54,945 bases of DNA, from contig JAHBMJ010000166.1 of the NCBI GenBank assembly GCA_018398765.1, positions 1 to 54,945 of the forward strand, given 5' to 3'. The position numbers and the translations under genes were made by a program. This document shows, piece by piece, positions 1 to 11,752 of this stretch. Positions within the stretch are counted from its first letter, which is position 1. Each line of letters begins with the position of its first letter. The notes beneath the pieces are model-generated. The model did not search any database and was not told where the DNA came from. It worked only from the letters and a program-made list of their open reading frames with translations. This stretch comes from Chromera velia. Its lineage: Eukaryota.

Positions 1-43
1 GGGGGGGGGGGGGGAGAAAGAGAGAGTGTGTGTGTCTGTATGT

Positions 44-88
<45 letters not shown>

Positions 89-212
89 AATTTTTTCAAT
101 GTGTTCCTCTCAAATTTTCTTGTGCGGTCTTGCTGGCTGCAAACTCCGGACGGACGTTTGAGAGGGTAGAAGAAGTCAAACGACTTTCTGAACGATCGAC
201 CGACCGACCGAC

Positions 213-2122
213 CGTTTTCTGCCTGCTGGTGCCCCCTTCTTGGCAATGCCGGGGAGGCGCCCGGGCTCTTTCCTGTACTCTCTCCCTCAGTCATCGTCTG
301 CGTGTCTGCCTCCGTCTCCTGTGGGTCAGCGTCTCCTGAAGAGAGGGAAACCGACCTCTGGGGCTGCCTGAGGGGAGACGGCATGTCTGCAACTGCTGGG
401 TGGTCCAGCTGGTTGGCAACTGGGGGGTCATCAAACAATCTGTGGGAATAGGCTGGACAGAAATGGTGGTGGAGGGGGTGTGAGACATTGAGGGCGGCTG
501 GGTGGAGTGAGATCCTCGCTCGGAGGGTGTTCCGAAGAGGGGGCGTGCCACTCGAATTGGCTTGGCCCCTGCTGCTGCTGGAGTCTGCTCCCGTCTCCCC
601 CGATCCTCCTGGAAGTGCCGTGATTGACCCCACTCGGCCGTGCAGGAGCTGAGGATGGAGGAGTCCGGTGGCCCACAGCAGGTATAGATGGCGTTGTTTC
701 TTTGTGTGGAGAATCTGGTGTTTCAGCCGACGTTGGCGCGCCTGCAGATGGCGAATGTGGGCGATGCGCAGGCGTCTGTCCTTCCTGTAGACTGAGTCTT
801 TGGGAGACAGTTTTTTGGCAAGTCGACTGCGCGCTCGAGCGAAGTCTCTGAGTGTCTGTATGCCCACAGAGTTGTGTGTCTGGTCTGCAAGGAGCCAACT
901 GAACTCGGAGAGAATGGAATCACACAGCACTCGAGAGGAGGAGACAGATTGCTGAGGGTCTGCTGCTGCTGCTGAGTGCTGGAAAGGGGCGCTGAGACGC
1001 CTCACTCCTCCTATAGCATCGATTCCAATGCTCCTCCTCTCCCCCCTCGCACCTCTGGAAGGACTTCCTGTACCGCCTACGACCTGCAAAGGTACAGAAG
1101 TGGACCCCTCCACGCCCCCCCTCTCTCTGAGTTGCCGCGTCAATTCGCGGAGACCCGAGAGCATGGGGAGGAACTGCGGCACTTGTGCACACAGAGAGAC
1201 GAGGGCCCGGCCAGTCAAATTGGGGGACTTCATGCAGGCAGTCGCGGCTGTCTCTGCTGCCTCTCCCATTCCTGCTGTGTGGGTTGGAGGCGGGTGCATC
1301 ATGCCGGTTTGTTGAGCCTGTAGAGACTGCAGGGGGGAGTTCGGGGAATCCTTCTTTTCACCCTGCTGTTGTTGGGAGAGGGTCTGCTCGATGGAGCCTT
1401 CTGATTCGTTCAACGCGCAGACAGGACAGCGAACCACAGGAACTCCCCGGAACTGCAAGGGGAACACACGGAGGACAAAAAACAAAGAGACTGCATTCAT
1501 TTGCCCCCATCAAAATGTAGTATCGTGACAACAGCACCTGCATTTGTACCGGGTAAGAAGAGAAAATAAAAAGTGACCAGGAAGAGAAAATTCAGTGGAC
1601 AGAGAGAGAAATCATCCGTAAGGGCGTTTCGGGCTCCATGAAAAGAAAGCAATGCAAACCAGTGCGAGATGGTTTTCTTGTGTTTGAGAGAGACAAAATA
1701 GAGGTTTGTTTATCCACCGAGACAGAAAAAAGGAGGCATGGGACCAAAACATGCAATTTGCACCAACCGTTGGCATGGGAGGCATCGGAGTGGAGGATCG
1801 TCGTCTCCACGACATTCGTCTGGCGGCTGCGTGGGTGTTGCCCCCGTCTCCGTTCTGAGGGGACCAGAGCCGACCCCCGTCTCTATCCGTCGCGCATGAC
1901 GAGCGCCGTCTGTTCCGTGCGTACGGAAAGGGGGCGGCCCCGGGAGGCGGCACGACGAGGGGCATACACGAGTGGTCAGCGCACTCTGAGCAGACGGAGT
2001 GGCCGCAACCGGAGAAGGACTGCACACACGCACATACGCACACGCAGAAACAAGATCATACACAAAATGGAAAGGAAGTTCACGCACATCCTTGAAAGGG
2101 ACCGAAGAACGAACTGGGAACA

Positions 2123-2159
<37 letters not shown>

Positions 2160-5100
2160 TCTCTCTCTCACACACACACACGCAGAGAGAGAGAGAGAGA
2201 GAGAGAGAGTGAGAGAGAGAGAGAGAGAAACAGGACATGGAATGGAAAAGAAGAGAAGGGAAGCAGAAAAAAAAAGCTCTCTGGGTGCAAGTGTATGTGA
2301 GAGCGACAAAAGAAGAGTGACAGAGCATAAAAAGAGCCATACAAAAACACACGAAGAGAAAGACGAAGAGAAAATGGAAAATGAAGGAAAGGGGCATCAT
2401 CCAGAAGGAGGGAGCTGGACACGAAGACATCGCATGTCTCGTCTCTCTGCTGTCTGCCAATTTCTCCCTGTCTGTCTGCCACTTTCTCTAGTGGGTAGGC
2501 AGATTGGGGGGATCTATTTGTGATCAGCTCCCCAATAATCTGACTAGACTGCTGACCCACCCACCCACCAACCAACCCACCAACCAAGTAGGTGGCTGAA
2601 GGAGGGAAGGGCTGGACTGACCACAGGATCTCGGAGCTCATCAAGACAGACGGGGCACTTGAGGGCCTCCACAATCTGGGTGAGGAACCTGGAGGCAGGC
2701 AGGAAGGCAGGCAGGCATGACCGGCAGGTCGATGGATGGATGGATATCGATCCATGGACAGAAGGAAGAAGTCCATCGATATGTATCAATAAATTGCTCA
2801 TTTATCCAATCACCTCTTCTATCACAAACTCATCCACGCATTCACATATTACTTAATTTATCCATTCATTGTTTCATTCTTTCACTCATTCAACAACGAA
2901 AGTCAATGCATTCAATCTTGACACTTCCACCTTCATGCTGCTCTACAGGCATATACATACACATACACATACGCATACACATGCAGACAAGCAAGTGAAA
3001 CTTATTGTAATCTTCCATCTGTCCAGAAAGATCATTGCAGTCTTCCATCTGTCCAGAAAGATCATTGCAATCTTCCATCTGTCCAGAGAGATCTATACGC
3101 ATCATTGTGTCGCATGATTCTTCCCAGTCTGTCTGTCTGTCGTTCTCTCCGGCCAACTCCCCGCCAATCTTCTTCATCATGTAATTTGACTGTCCTACTG
3201 CTATTGCCTCACTGACTGACTGACTGACCTTACCAGACCCTGATTGACTTTCCCGAGAGCGTGAACCTGTCTCTGGAGGCTAGACAGTTTTGAGGTCGCG
3301 TTGCTCGTCTCCTTCCTCATCTTCTCCATCACCTGCTTGCATGCAGGCATTTATTTTCATAATTAATATGAAAATTAATGAACTCATCTTCTCCATCACC
3401 TGCTTGCATGCAGGCAGGCAGGCAGGCGGGAAGATTTCATTGATCGACTCTTTTCAACATTCACTGATTCGTTCGTTCACAGATCGCACATCAACATTCA
3501 CTGATTCGTTCGTTCACAGATCGCACATCAACATTCACTGATTCGTTCGTTCACAGATCGTACATCAACATTCACTGATTCGTTCGTTCACAGATCGTAC
3601 ATCAACACGTTATAAAAAAAAGAAGAGACCTAGATGGATGGAAAGAATCAAATGGAAATTGACGGCAGCAAGGGGGAGTACAGACACACAGAAAGACATT
3701 ACCGATGTTGATCGAATTGCGAGGCCAATGCTAGAAAACCTCCCGATATGAAGACAAACAACAAACAAACAAACACCCTTAATTTTGATCATGCGTCCTG
3801 TTCCTTCCTTCCTTCCTTCCTTGCTTCCGTCCTTCCTTCCTTCCTTCCGTCCTTCCTTCCTTTCTTTCTTCCTTCCTTCCTTCCTTCCTTCCTTCCTTCC
3901 TTCTCTCTTCTCACCCCAGAGAACCACCAGAGAGACCCAAAGGTCAGGCAGACCTACAGCGCACATACCCACCCAAGCATCGACCCAGCTTTGCGGTCTG
4001 TAATTGCCATCCAGCGTTCAAACTTTCTCTCTCTCTCTCTCTCCCTCTCTCTCTCTGTCTCTCTCTGTCTCTCCTGTTCCTCGTGTCATACAAACGTATA
4101 TGTACACATACGAACGTACATACGTACGTACCTGTTGCTGCGCGTGAATGGCCTCGAGGGCCATCCATGGTTCAAACTTGGAGGCTTTGGAGAGTTGTCT
4201 GAGTCTCTTGGAGAGGAGACGGCCCGTTGAGGAGATCTCTGACCACACGCGTCTTCTCTGCAGAATGTTCTGGAGAGACCTCAGCTCGTTGGGGGCACTC
4301 GGCGAGGGAGGGAGGAAGGGGGTCGTTCCTGCAGGCAGTCAGGCAGCCGTGAAGAGGAAAGAAAGCACACGAAAAGTCGAGAGAGAAGTGGAAAGATGGT
4401 ATCAATTTGGGAACTTGAAAAGTGGCATGAAAAAGTGATAGAGCGTCAAAAATGAGAGACAGAAAGGCACGCACGGGGCAGAGAGACAAAAAACGACGGA
4501 CGAATCACGCGGATGTCGAAAGGGTAAGTAAGTTAAAGAGATCTTCTGGCTCAATTTGAAGAGCAACCCTCACATAGACAGGCACATGGACGGAAAACTT
4601 TTCAACAGCGTTTGCTCTTTCACCTCCTTCAGTCCATCAATCTGTGTGTACCATCAGTGCACTCTCTTTTCAAAACAAAGAAGCAAAAAGAAGAGGACAA
4701 AAAAGGAATATACAGTCGATCAAGAGAGTGAGTCATGCATTCAGGGGGGAGGCATACATACATGCTCCGATGCTCGATTCCACCCACCCGAAACGTTCCT
4801 CATCAGTTGGATTGAAAGTTTTCTTCCCTCTTCCCCTCCTCCTCCTCCAGCCTGAGTGTCCATTTTCCTCTGAGACTCCGACAGAAGACCTGCAGAGATC
4901 GACCCTTTCCTGGGGGAGAATGAGTAGGGAAACGAATCTACGGCAGTACGCGCTCGCACGGAGTCACTCTCATTCAAGACAATGGTCCCGTGCCTGCTGG
5001 AGGACTCTCCCTGTCCTTGTCTGAGCGCGCGATTCGTGTTGGGGGGCGTGGCCATGGACGCAAACGCCGCAGACATGGGACTCTGGGACCCCAGAGCACC

Positions 5101-5919
5101 CCCTGGGAGCCTCACAGAGGGACCCACGCTGCCTGGGGGGCACTGCTGACTTCCTCGTCTGCAGTCTGCAGCCTGAAGAAGCTGTTGGGGGGGTGGAGGG
5201 GAGCGGGAAGCGTTAGGGGGGCGAACGGAAGGAGCCACGAGAGCCCGGGTCCACCCGGCGGGGCAGTTGTGTCGCCCTGTGTGTTCATCTTGAGGCTGGC
5301 CCAATTGAGTGTCTCTGGCGTCCTCCTCTGTCTTCAACGCGGCGACTGACTTCACCTTCTCGGCCGATGTCAGAGGAAGAGAAGAGATGAGACGCCAACT
5401 GGATTCCAACAACCTCTGATGCGCAACTGCACGAGACACGAAACCACTGCCGTAGCTTTTTGCCCCTAGTGTAGAGGCCCTAAGAAGCCAGGAACCCGGC
5501 ATGACTGGGAATGCTGGGGGCCCTGCGAGGAAGTTCGCGACCAGGCTATCTAGCCTGAGGGCGTCTTTTTGAGATCTGAGGAGGAGTGCGGAGTTGTTGT
5601 CCCTCTCTCTGGACTTTCTGGCCTTCATCCGAAGTCGCCTTCCCTTCCTGTCTGTCTGCAGAGTCTGGTACTTGATGCGGGCCTCTTCGTCGGCCTGTCC
5701 GACTGCCTGCAGGCAGGCAGGCAGGCAGGCAGGCAAGAAGGGGAAAAGAAGAAGAAGAAAAGCGGTAGCGATCTAGGAACCATAGAGACACACAAACTCA
5801 AGAGATCTGTGATCGATCCCACTTATCAGGAACATCTCCGTTTGTCGAGCCCTTTCGATGAGGAATTTCCTTTCCTTGCGTGTGTCTGTCTGTCTTCCGT
5901 CTGTCTGTCTGTCTTCCCT

Positions 5920-5952
<33 letters not shown>

Positions 5953-6042
5953 TGTGTGTCTGTCTGTGTGCCTGCCTGCCTGCCTGCCTGCCTGCGTGTC
6001 TGTCTGTCAGTCTCTCTCTCTCTCTCTCTCTGTCTCTCTGTC

Positions 6043-6093
<51 letters not shown>

Positions 6094-6310
6094 TCCTGAG
6101 CCCACCCATCGGACTCTGTGTGTCTCGAAAGAAGCTTCACGATCGTGGGACAGCCAGTGCCCTAACTGGACTCCTGAGTAAGAGACAGTCACTGACGGAC
6201 TGACTGACGGACTGACCACTTCGAGGGCCTTGACCTGTCCCTCTAAGGACTTTCGGATCTTCTCGGAAGCCCTGAGTCGTGTTGCCAGCACGCTCACTTG
6301 AGTCTGCATG

Positions 6311-6345
<35 letters not shown>

Positions 6346-7863
6346 ATTGGGGAGATGGGGGGAAAGAAAATGCAAATTCTTGACTTGCAAATATGTGCTG
6401 TGAGTCGCATCATGGTTTTTCTTTATTATTCTCAAGTCACGCTCCCTCCATGATGAAACCTCAAAGCGAACCGGTTCTGCCCAAGAACCCAGACAAAGAC
6501 GAAGAAGACCATCAACCAAAGTGACTGACTGACCGACCGACCCTCATCTCTTCCCTCTCGTTTTCCAGCTGTCGCGTTTGTTCGCCTGCCTCGTAAACAG
6601 ACACAAACGCACCCCCACCGGGCCCTCGACCCCCGTATCCCCCCCCCGCCATTGCTGCTGCCGCTGGGTGTGCCGCCCCCTGTGTCCCCCAATGCTCTCC
6701 CTGTCCGAGCGCTGCTCTCTCTCTGTAGTGCACAACAACCGTGTTGCGCTGAGGAGAGGCAGAGGCACCCAAGCCGATGCGGTCGCCGGATTTTGATTTT
6801 TGCATCAGAGAGGCAGACGGACGAGTGGGGGTGGCAGTCACATTGGAGACGGCCGGGTCGGAAAGTATAGGGGCAGGTGGACTGGTAATGGGCTGGGGTG
6901 TTTGCTGAGAGGGTGTCATTACATTCAATAGAGGAAGCACTTCGGCATCATCATCATCATCTTTTTGGCTTACTTCAAACTTCCCTGTTTCCCTTTCCCC
7001 CTTCTGCTCTTGTTTCTCTTCTTCTTGCAAAGACAGCCGTGCTTCCCTCGCTCTTCCCTTTCCATCGTCCTCTTCGGAGCCTTCTGCTGCTTTCCCAGTG
7101 TCGACGCTGTTTCTCTTCTCTTGATGCTGCTGCACTCCCATGTCTCCCATGACACTGCCTCTCCGCGACCTCATCCCCCCCTCTTCTGCCCCCCCTTCCT
7201 TCCTTTCTCTCAGGCCTCTCTCTCCTTCTTCAAAAACGACGACAGAGGAGGAGCCAGACTGCTCATGCGCCCCCGCCGCCTCCTTCCCCTCAGATACAGA
7301 CACGGCAGTCGTCCTGCAGTTCCGCAAATAGAATCAAGAAACAATGAGAGAGCAACAAAGACCATGAATGCCCACATAAGGCCACGCACACACAGGCACA
7401 CGCACAGAAAAAAGAGAAGAGAGAGAGAGCGACAGGTGGAGGGGGGGAGAACATACAAACAGAACCCCGCCGCTTTCCACGCATGCACACGCACATATAG
7501 ACACACACGCACACTTACTTCGGCCAACCGACCGTTTCTGCACCTCCGGGCTTGCAGGCAGGGAGGCAGGGAGAGAGGGCGAGGATGTGGCTGTGTAGGA
7601 CAACGAGAAGGCCCGCGCCTCTGCAACCTCAAGGGCCCTGCGGAGCTCCTCGGCCTCTGCCGCCTGCAGGCGCAGATCGATCGACGAAAAAGAGAAGAGA
7701 AGAGAAGAGAAAAGAGAGGAACAGAGGAAGAGAGACAGTTCACGGGAGGGGACTGTTACAAGGGTGCAAATGGGGGTATAGGAGTGGGGGGGGGGACGTC
7801 CCCTGAAGCCTGCAGGAGATGAGGGGAGGGTGCGTGGAGGGAGCCTGCAGAAGGGAAGGAAAG

Positions 7864-7900
<37 letters not shown>

Positions 7901-8923
7901 AAGAAAGAAAGAAAGAAAAAAGAAAGAAAGAAAGAAAAAAGAAAGAAAGAAAGAAAGAAAGAAAGAAAACAAGTGGCACTGAACGAGGAACGCTGGGGGA
8001 GGAACTGGCGCTGATGAGGGAGGGAGGTGAATGGAGGATGAGTGATGATCCATTCACTGGAGTGTCCGTCCGTCCAGAAGTGTAGGCATGAGGGGAGGCG
8101 TGCATGAGGGGGAAGTGAAGTGCAGGGACGATCTTGGAAGAGAGGAGGGAAAGCGCGGAGAGGACAGAAACGCGTCAAAGGAAGCAACGTCGTTTTTCTT
8201 GCATGCAAAAGCAGTCAAAAGGAGCGGGAAGGGATGCTGCTGTGACAATGAAGGCATCTCACTGTGATCCAGGGATTCTGGACATGCAGCAGAGGATGAA
8301 GAGACTGATAAAATAAATCGATCAAGAATACATCAGGAGAGGAAGAGACTCATAAAATAAATCGATCAAGAATACATCAGGAGAGGAAGAGACTGATAAA
8401 ATAAATCGATCAAGAATACATCAGGAGAGGAAGAGACTGATAAAATAAATCGATCAAGAATACATCAGGAGAGGAAGAGACTGATAAAATAAATCGATCA
8501 AGAATACATCAGGAGAGGAAGAGACTGATAAAATAAATCGATCAAGAATACATCAGGAGAGGAAGAGACTCATAAAATAAATCGATCAAGAATACATCAG
8601 GAGAGGAAGAGACTGATAAAATAAATCGATCAAGAATACATCAGGAGAGGAAGAGACTGATAAAATAAATCGATCAAGAATACATCAGGAGAGGAAGAGA
8701 CTGATAAAATAAATCGATCAAGAATACATCAGGAGAGGAAGAGACTGATAAAATAAATCGATCAAGAATACATCAGGAGAGGAAGAGACTGATAAAATAA
8801 ATCGATCAAGAATACATCAGGAGAGGAAGAGACTGATAAAATAAATCGATCAAGAATACATCAGGAGAGGAAGAGACTGATAAAATAAATCGATCAAGAA
8901 TACATCAGGAGAGGAAGAGACTN

Positions 8924-8993
<70 letters not shown>

Positions 8994-9042
8994 AAGACAA
9001 AGACAAAGACAAAGACAAAGACAAAGAGAAAGAGAAAGAGAA

Positions 9043-9096
<54 letters not shown>

Positions 9097-9101
9097 AGAG
9101 A

Positions 9102-9186
<85 letters not shown>

Positions 9187-10391
9187 CAAAAGCTGACATG
9201 AATCCCTGGGTAGGTTTGGTCTCTTCCACTTTTCCTTCCTTTCTTTCTTCTAACCTTTTCGGCCGCCTCGTCACGGCTCCTCTCCAGCTCTGCGCCCATT
9301 TGGTCGAACACGGCCTGCACAAACACCGAGGTATGCAGACAAAGGGACACAAGCGCACACATTCAAATGAGCAGACAGAAACATTAAGAAGCACTCCAAA
9401 AGAGCCAGAAGAAAAGAGAGACAGAGCCAAATAGAGACACACTGACAGACAAACAGACACACACAGACACAAACAGAGGCAGGCAAAAGTAGCGACAGAC
9501 AGAATGAGAAGAAAAAGGCAAGATGGAAACAGAGAGAGAGAGAGAGAGCCTACCTTCATCTCTTCGACTTTGGTCCTCAGATCTCTGTCGACGCTCCTCA
9601 TCAGTGCGAGTTCCTTCTCGACCTGCCGGTCTCTTTCCTGACGTAAAATGTGCCACACCTGCGCGTAGGTGCGTCGTACTGCAAAAACAAACAGCAACAC
9701 ATACACGCACAGAATTTCAATGTATTGGGGCAGGAGGACAGGGGGGAGACATTTTGGGATTGCGTCTCACCTCACAGCAAGGGAGGGCATAGAACAGAGC
9801 CAGTGTTCCATGAAGTAGGACTGAGTCCTCCACACACACACACACACACACACATACACACACGCCCCCTCTCCAACTCTCAAGAGAGTCTTGTCGACTG
9901 TTTCTGCCTCCAACAAAGGGGTCAGAAAGAAGCAAGAAACTACAAAAGGAAGGAGCCAAAGGGAAGTCCAATCATACCGCCGGCCGGCGTCCCATGCATG
10001 CAATGCCATGCATCCACCCACCTGCCTCACTGGGCAGAGTCCTCATGATGGCTTCCAGTTCTTTTGGCACCTCCATCTGCTCAGTCATCACCCTCTCCCG
10101 AGGCTGCCTCAGCAGAAGAGAGGGCAGGGAGACAATGGAAATACATGGGAAAGGGCTGTAAAGTTGAGCTGAGAAGGGACAAAGGTCAGGCACTTGTTTG
10201 CACGTAGACGGACGTACCTGTTGTTGTCCCTTGAGCTCCAATTGCTGTTTTTGCTGCCCCGACTGATCACCCTGGATATCCCTCTCTGTCTGTACACGGG
10301 GGACAATCCGGTTGCTCTTCCTCGCTGTCCCCCCTTGCCCCTGCCCCTGGCTGATCAGGGGAAGGAGACCCCCCCCGTGGGTGCTCTGCAT
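213..10391 (-). CDS. Large multi-exon coiled-coil protein with a C3HC4 RING finger (putative E3 ubiquitin ligase); 3' end lies beyond the left edge of the window
   Basis: Phase-consistent GT-AG exon chain: 10391-10218, 10103-10022, 9678-9554, 9314-9255, 7663-7533, 7313-6542, 6303-6217, 5706-4788, 4328-4132, 3332-3229, 2688-2622, 2019-1768, 1452-213 (about 1400 codons, no internal stop). Spliced RING reads ALKCPVCLDELRDPV|SFSGCGHSVCSEC...|FRGVPVVRCPVC and follows coiled-coil-like segments (VEKELALMRSVDRDLRTKVEEMK; SKLSSLQRQVHALGKVNQGL). Start codon and a few boundaries are best guesses. Confidence 0.85.
3001..3093. repeat. 30-bp tandem repeat, 3 copies (intronic)
   Basis: Unit approx. ATCATTGCAATCTTCCATCTGTCCAGAAAG at 3001, 3031, 3061. 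Confidence 0.9.
3454..3607. repeat. 37-bp tandem repeat, 4 copies (intronic)
   Basis: Unit TCAACATTCACTGATTCGTTCGTTCACAGATCG(C/T)ACA at 3454, 3491, 3528, 3565. Confidence 0.95.
8298..8922. repeat. 44-bp minisatellite, 14+ near-identical copies (intronic)
   Basis: Unit GAAGAGACTGATAAAATAAATCGATCAAGAATACATCAGGAGAG repeated head-to-tail without spacers; G>C variant in units 2 and 7. The array ends at an N (8923), so copy number is uncertain. Confidence 0.97.
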
Positions 10392-10669
10392 TCCTTCTTC
10401 CTTTTTGTATTTGTCTCGAATCACTCACTTAGTCACTGCATGTGGCTTGGAGGTCAAACTTGAGATGTGTGCTCCTCAGCCAAAGCTGATACACATTCAC
10501 ATGCTTACGTTCCAAATGTGCATACGGATGCATGAAACGACACTGTCATCGGTATACAGCTTACAGGTCCGAGAAGGAGAGGCTGCCTATATATATAGCT
10601 CCTGCAGGTTGTGACGTGCAAGCTTATATATAATTTTTCTTGAGGGTTCGCGTATACGTGGATGCATAA

Positions 10670-10805
10670 TTGCATGCATGTTTTCAAAAAATTAAAAAGC
10701 CGCGTGCATGCATGCATGCACGCGCGGGCCCGCGGCCCGCATGCACTGGCGCGGGCCCCCGCGCGCATGCATGCAGCCTTTTTGCATGTTGCTCATTGCA
10801 TGCCA
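10670..10805. promoter_or_regulatory. TGCATGCA-rich, GC-rich palindromic cluster between divergent genes (candidate bidirectional promoter)
   Basis: Perfect palindrome CGCGTGCATGCATGCATGCACGCG plus further TGCATGCA/GCATGC copies between the starts of the RING gene (-) and the glycosyltransferase (+). TGCATGCA is a known ApiAP2-bound motif in apicomplexans. Confidence 0.5.
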
Positions 10806-11443
10806 TCAAACGACTGACCTTGATTCGTCTTCAACCCTGCCGCACTGTTTGAATGTACATGTCAACGATCGATGCCTGTGCAGGGGTGGAACACGTCGCG
10901 ATCAAGAGAAAGTCCGCTTTCGGAGGACCGTGCTGCAGAGGCTCCTTTGTTCGATCTCTTTGTTTGTCCGGGAGATCTGCTCAATTGGCCACTTGCGGTT
11001 CTTCATTGAGGGCATGCGTCTGATCTCAAAACAGATCTCCCCGGCCCCTCTGCAGCTCCCTTGAATCTCTCTAGACCGGCATTCACCGTACTCACTTGTC
11101 TTGCCACGTGACTCTATGCAAGGGTATTTGTATACTCCTTGATTGTGTATAGAGCGCCGATGCATTTGGATTCCTCAGGAGAAACACAATATTGAATTGC
11201 ATCTTTTTGGTACGGACGGAATTAGGGGAACCAACAACCAGAGAAGGTAGCCTGTGGACTGATTTCCTGAAGGCCTTGTGTGTCTGGTACACGAGAGCAA
11301 TCCTGCTTCTTGACCTCGCCAGCTTTCGTGTTCAGACTGCATGCACGTGTACACGGAGGAGAGAGACCTGAATTGAGACCACCAGAAGAAGTCTCGTGCA
11401 TGCATTGAAAACAAAACAAAAGCAGAAGAAGGAACCGAGGTAG

Positions 11444-11694
11444 ATGCCCGTGTCTGCATCCCCAGGCGGAGGTCTGCTGGTTCAGGTCTCTTCTCTTGCT
11501 TCTGCTCTCTTCGGAGGGGGGAAAGGAGGCAACCTGAACGGAGAACAAATTCCTCAATTTATTCCAACACGGTCGGTCAGCTAGTCATGCATGCAGTCTC
11601 CTGCGTTGAAAGTCTCTGTCTGTCCGAATTGCTGTGCATGAATGGGATTCACTCCGCCCTCCGTCCTATGTGTCTGTCTGTTTCTTCTCCCTTC

Positions 11695-11752
<58 letters not shown>

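Noticed and set aside
624..851. + strand CGRCAGVCPSC ferredoxin/zinc-finger-like motif
   Set aside because: Antisense to the long open exon 1452-213 of the RING gene.
8298..8922. Possible CRISPR array
   Set aside because: Units abut directly with no unique spacers, there are no cas genes, and the array lies in a eukaryotic intron.
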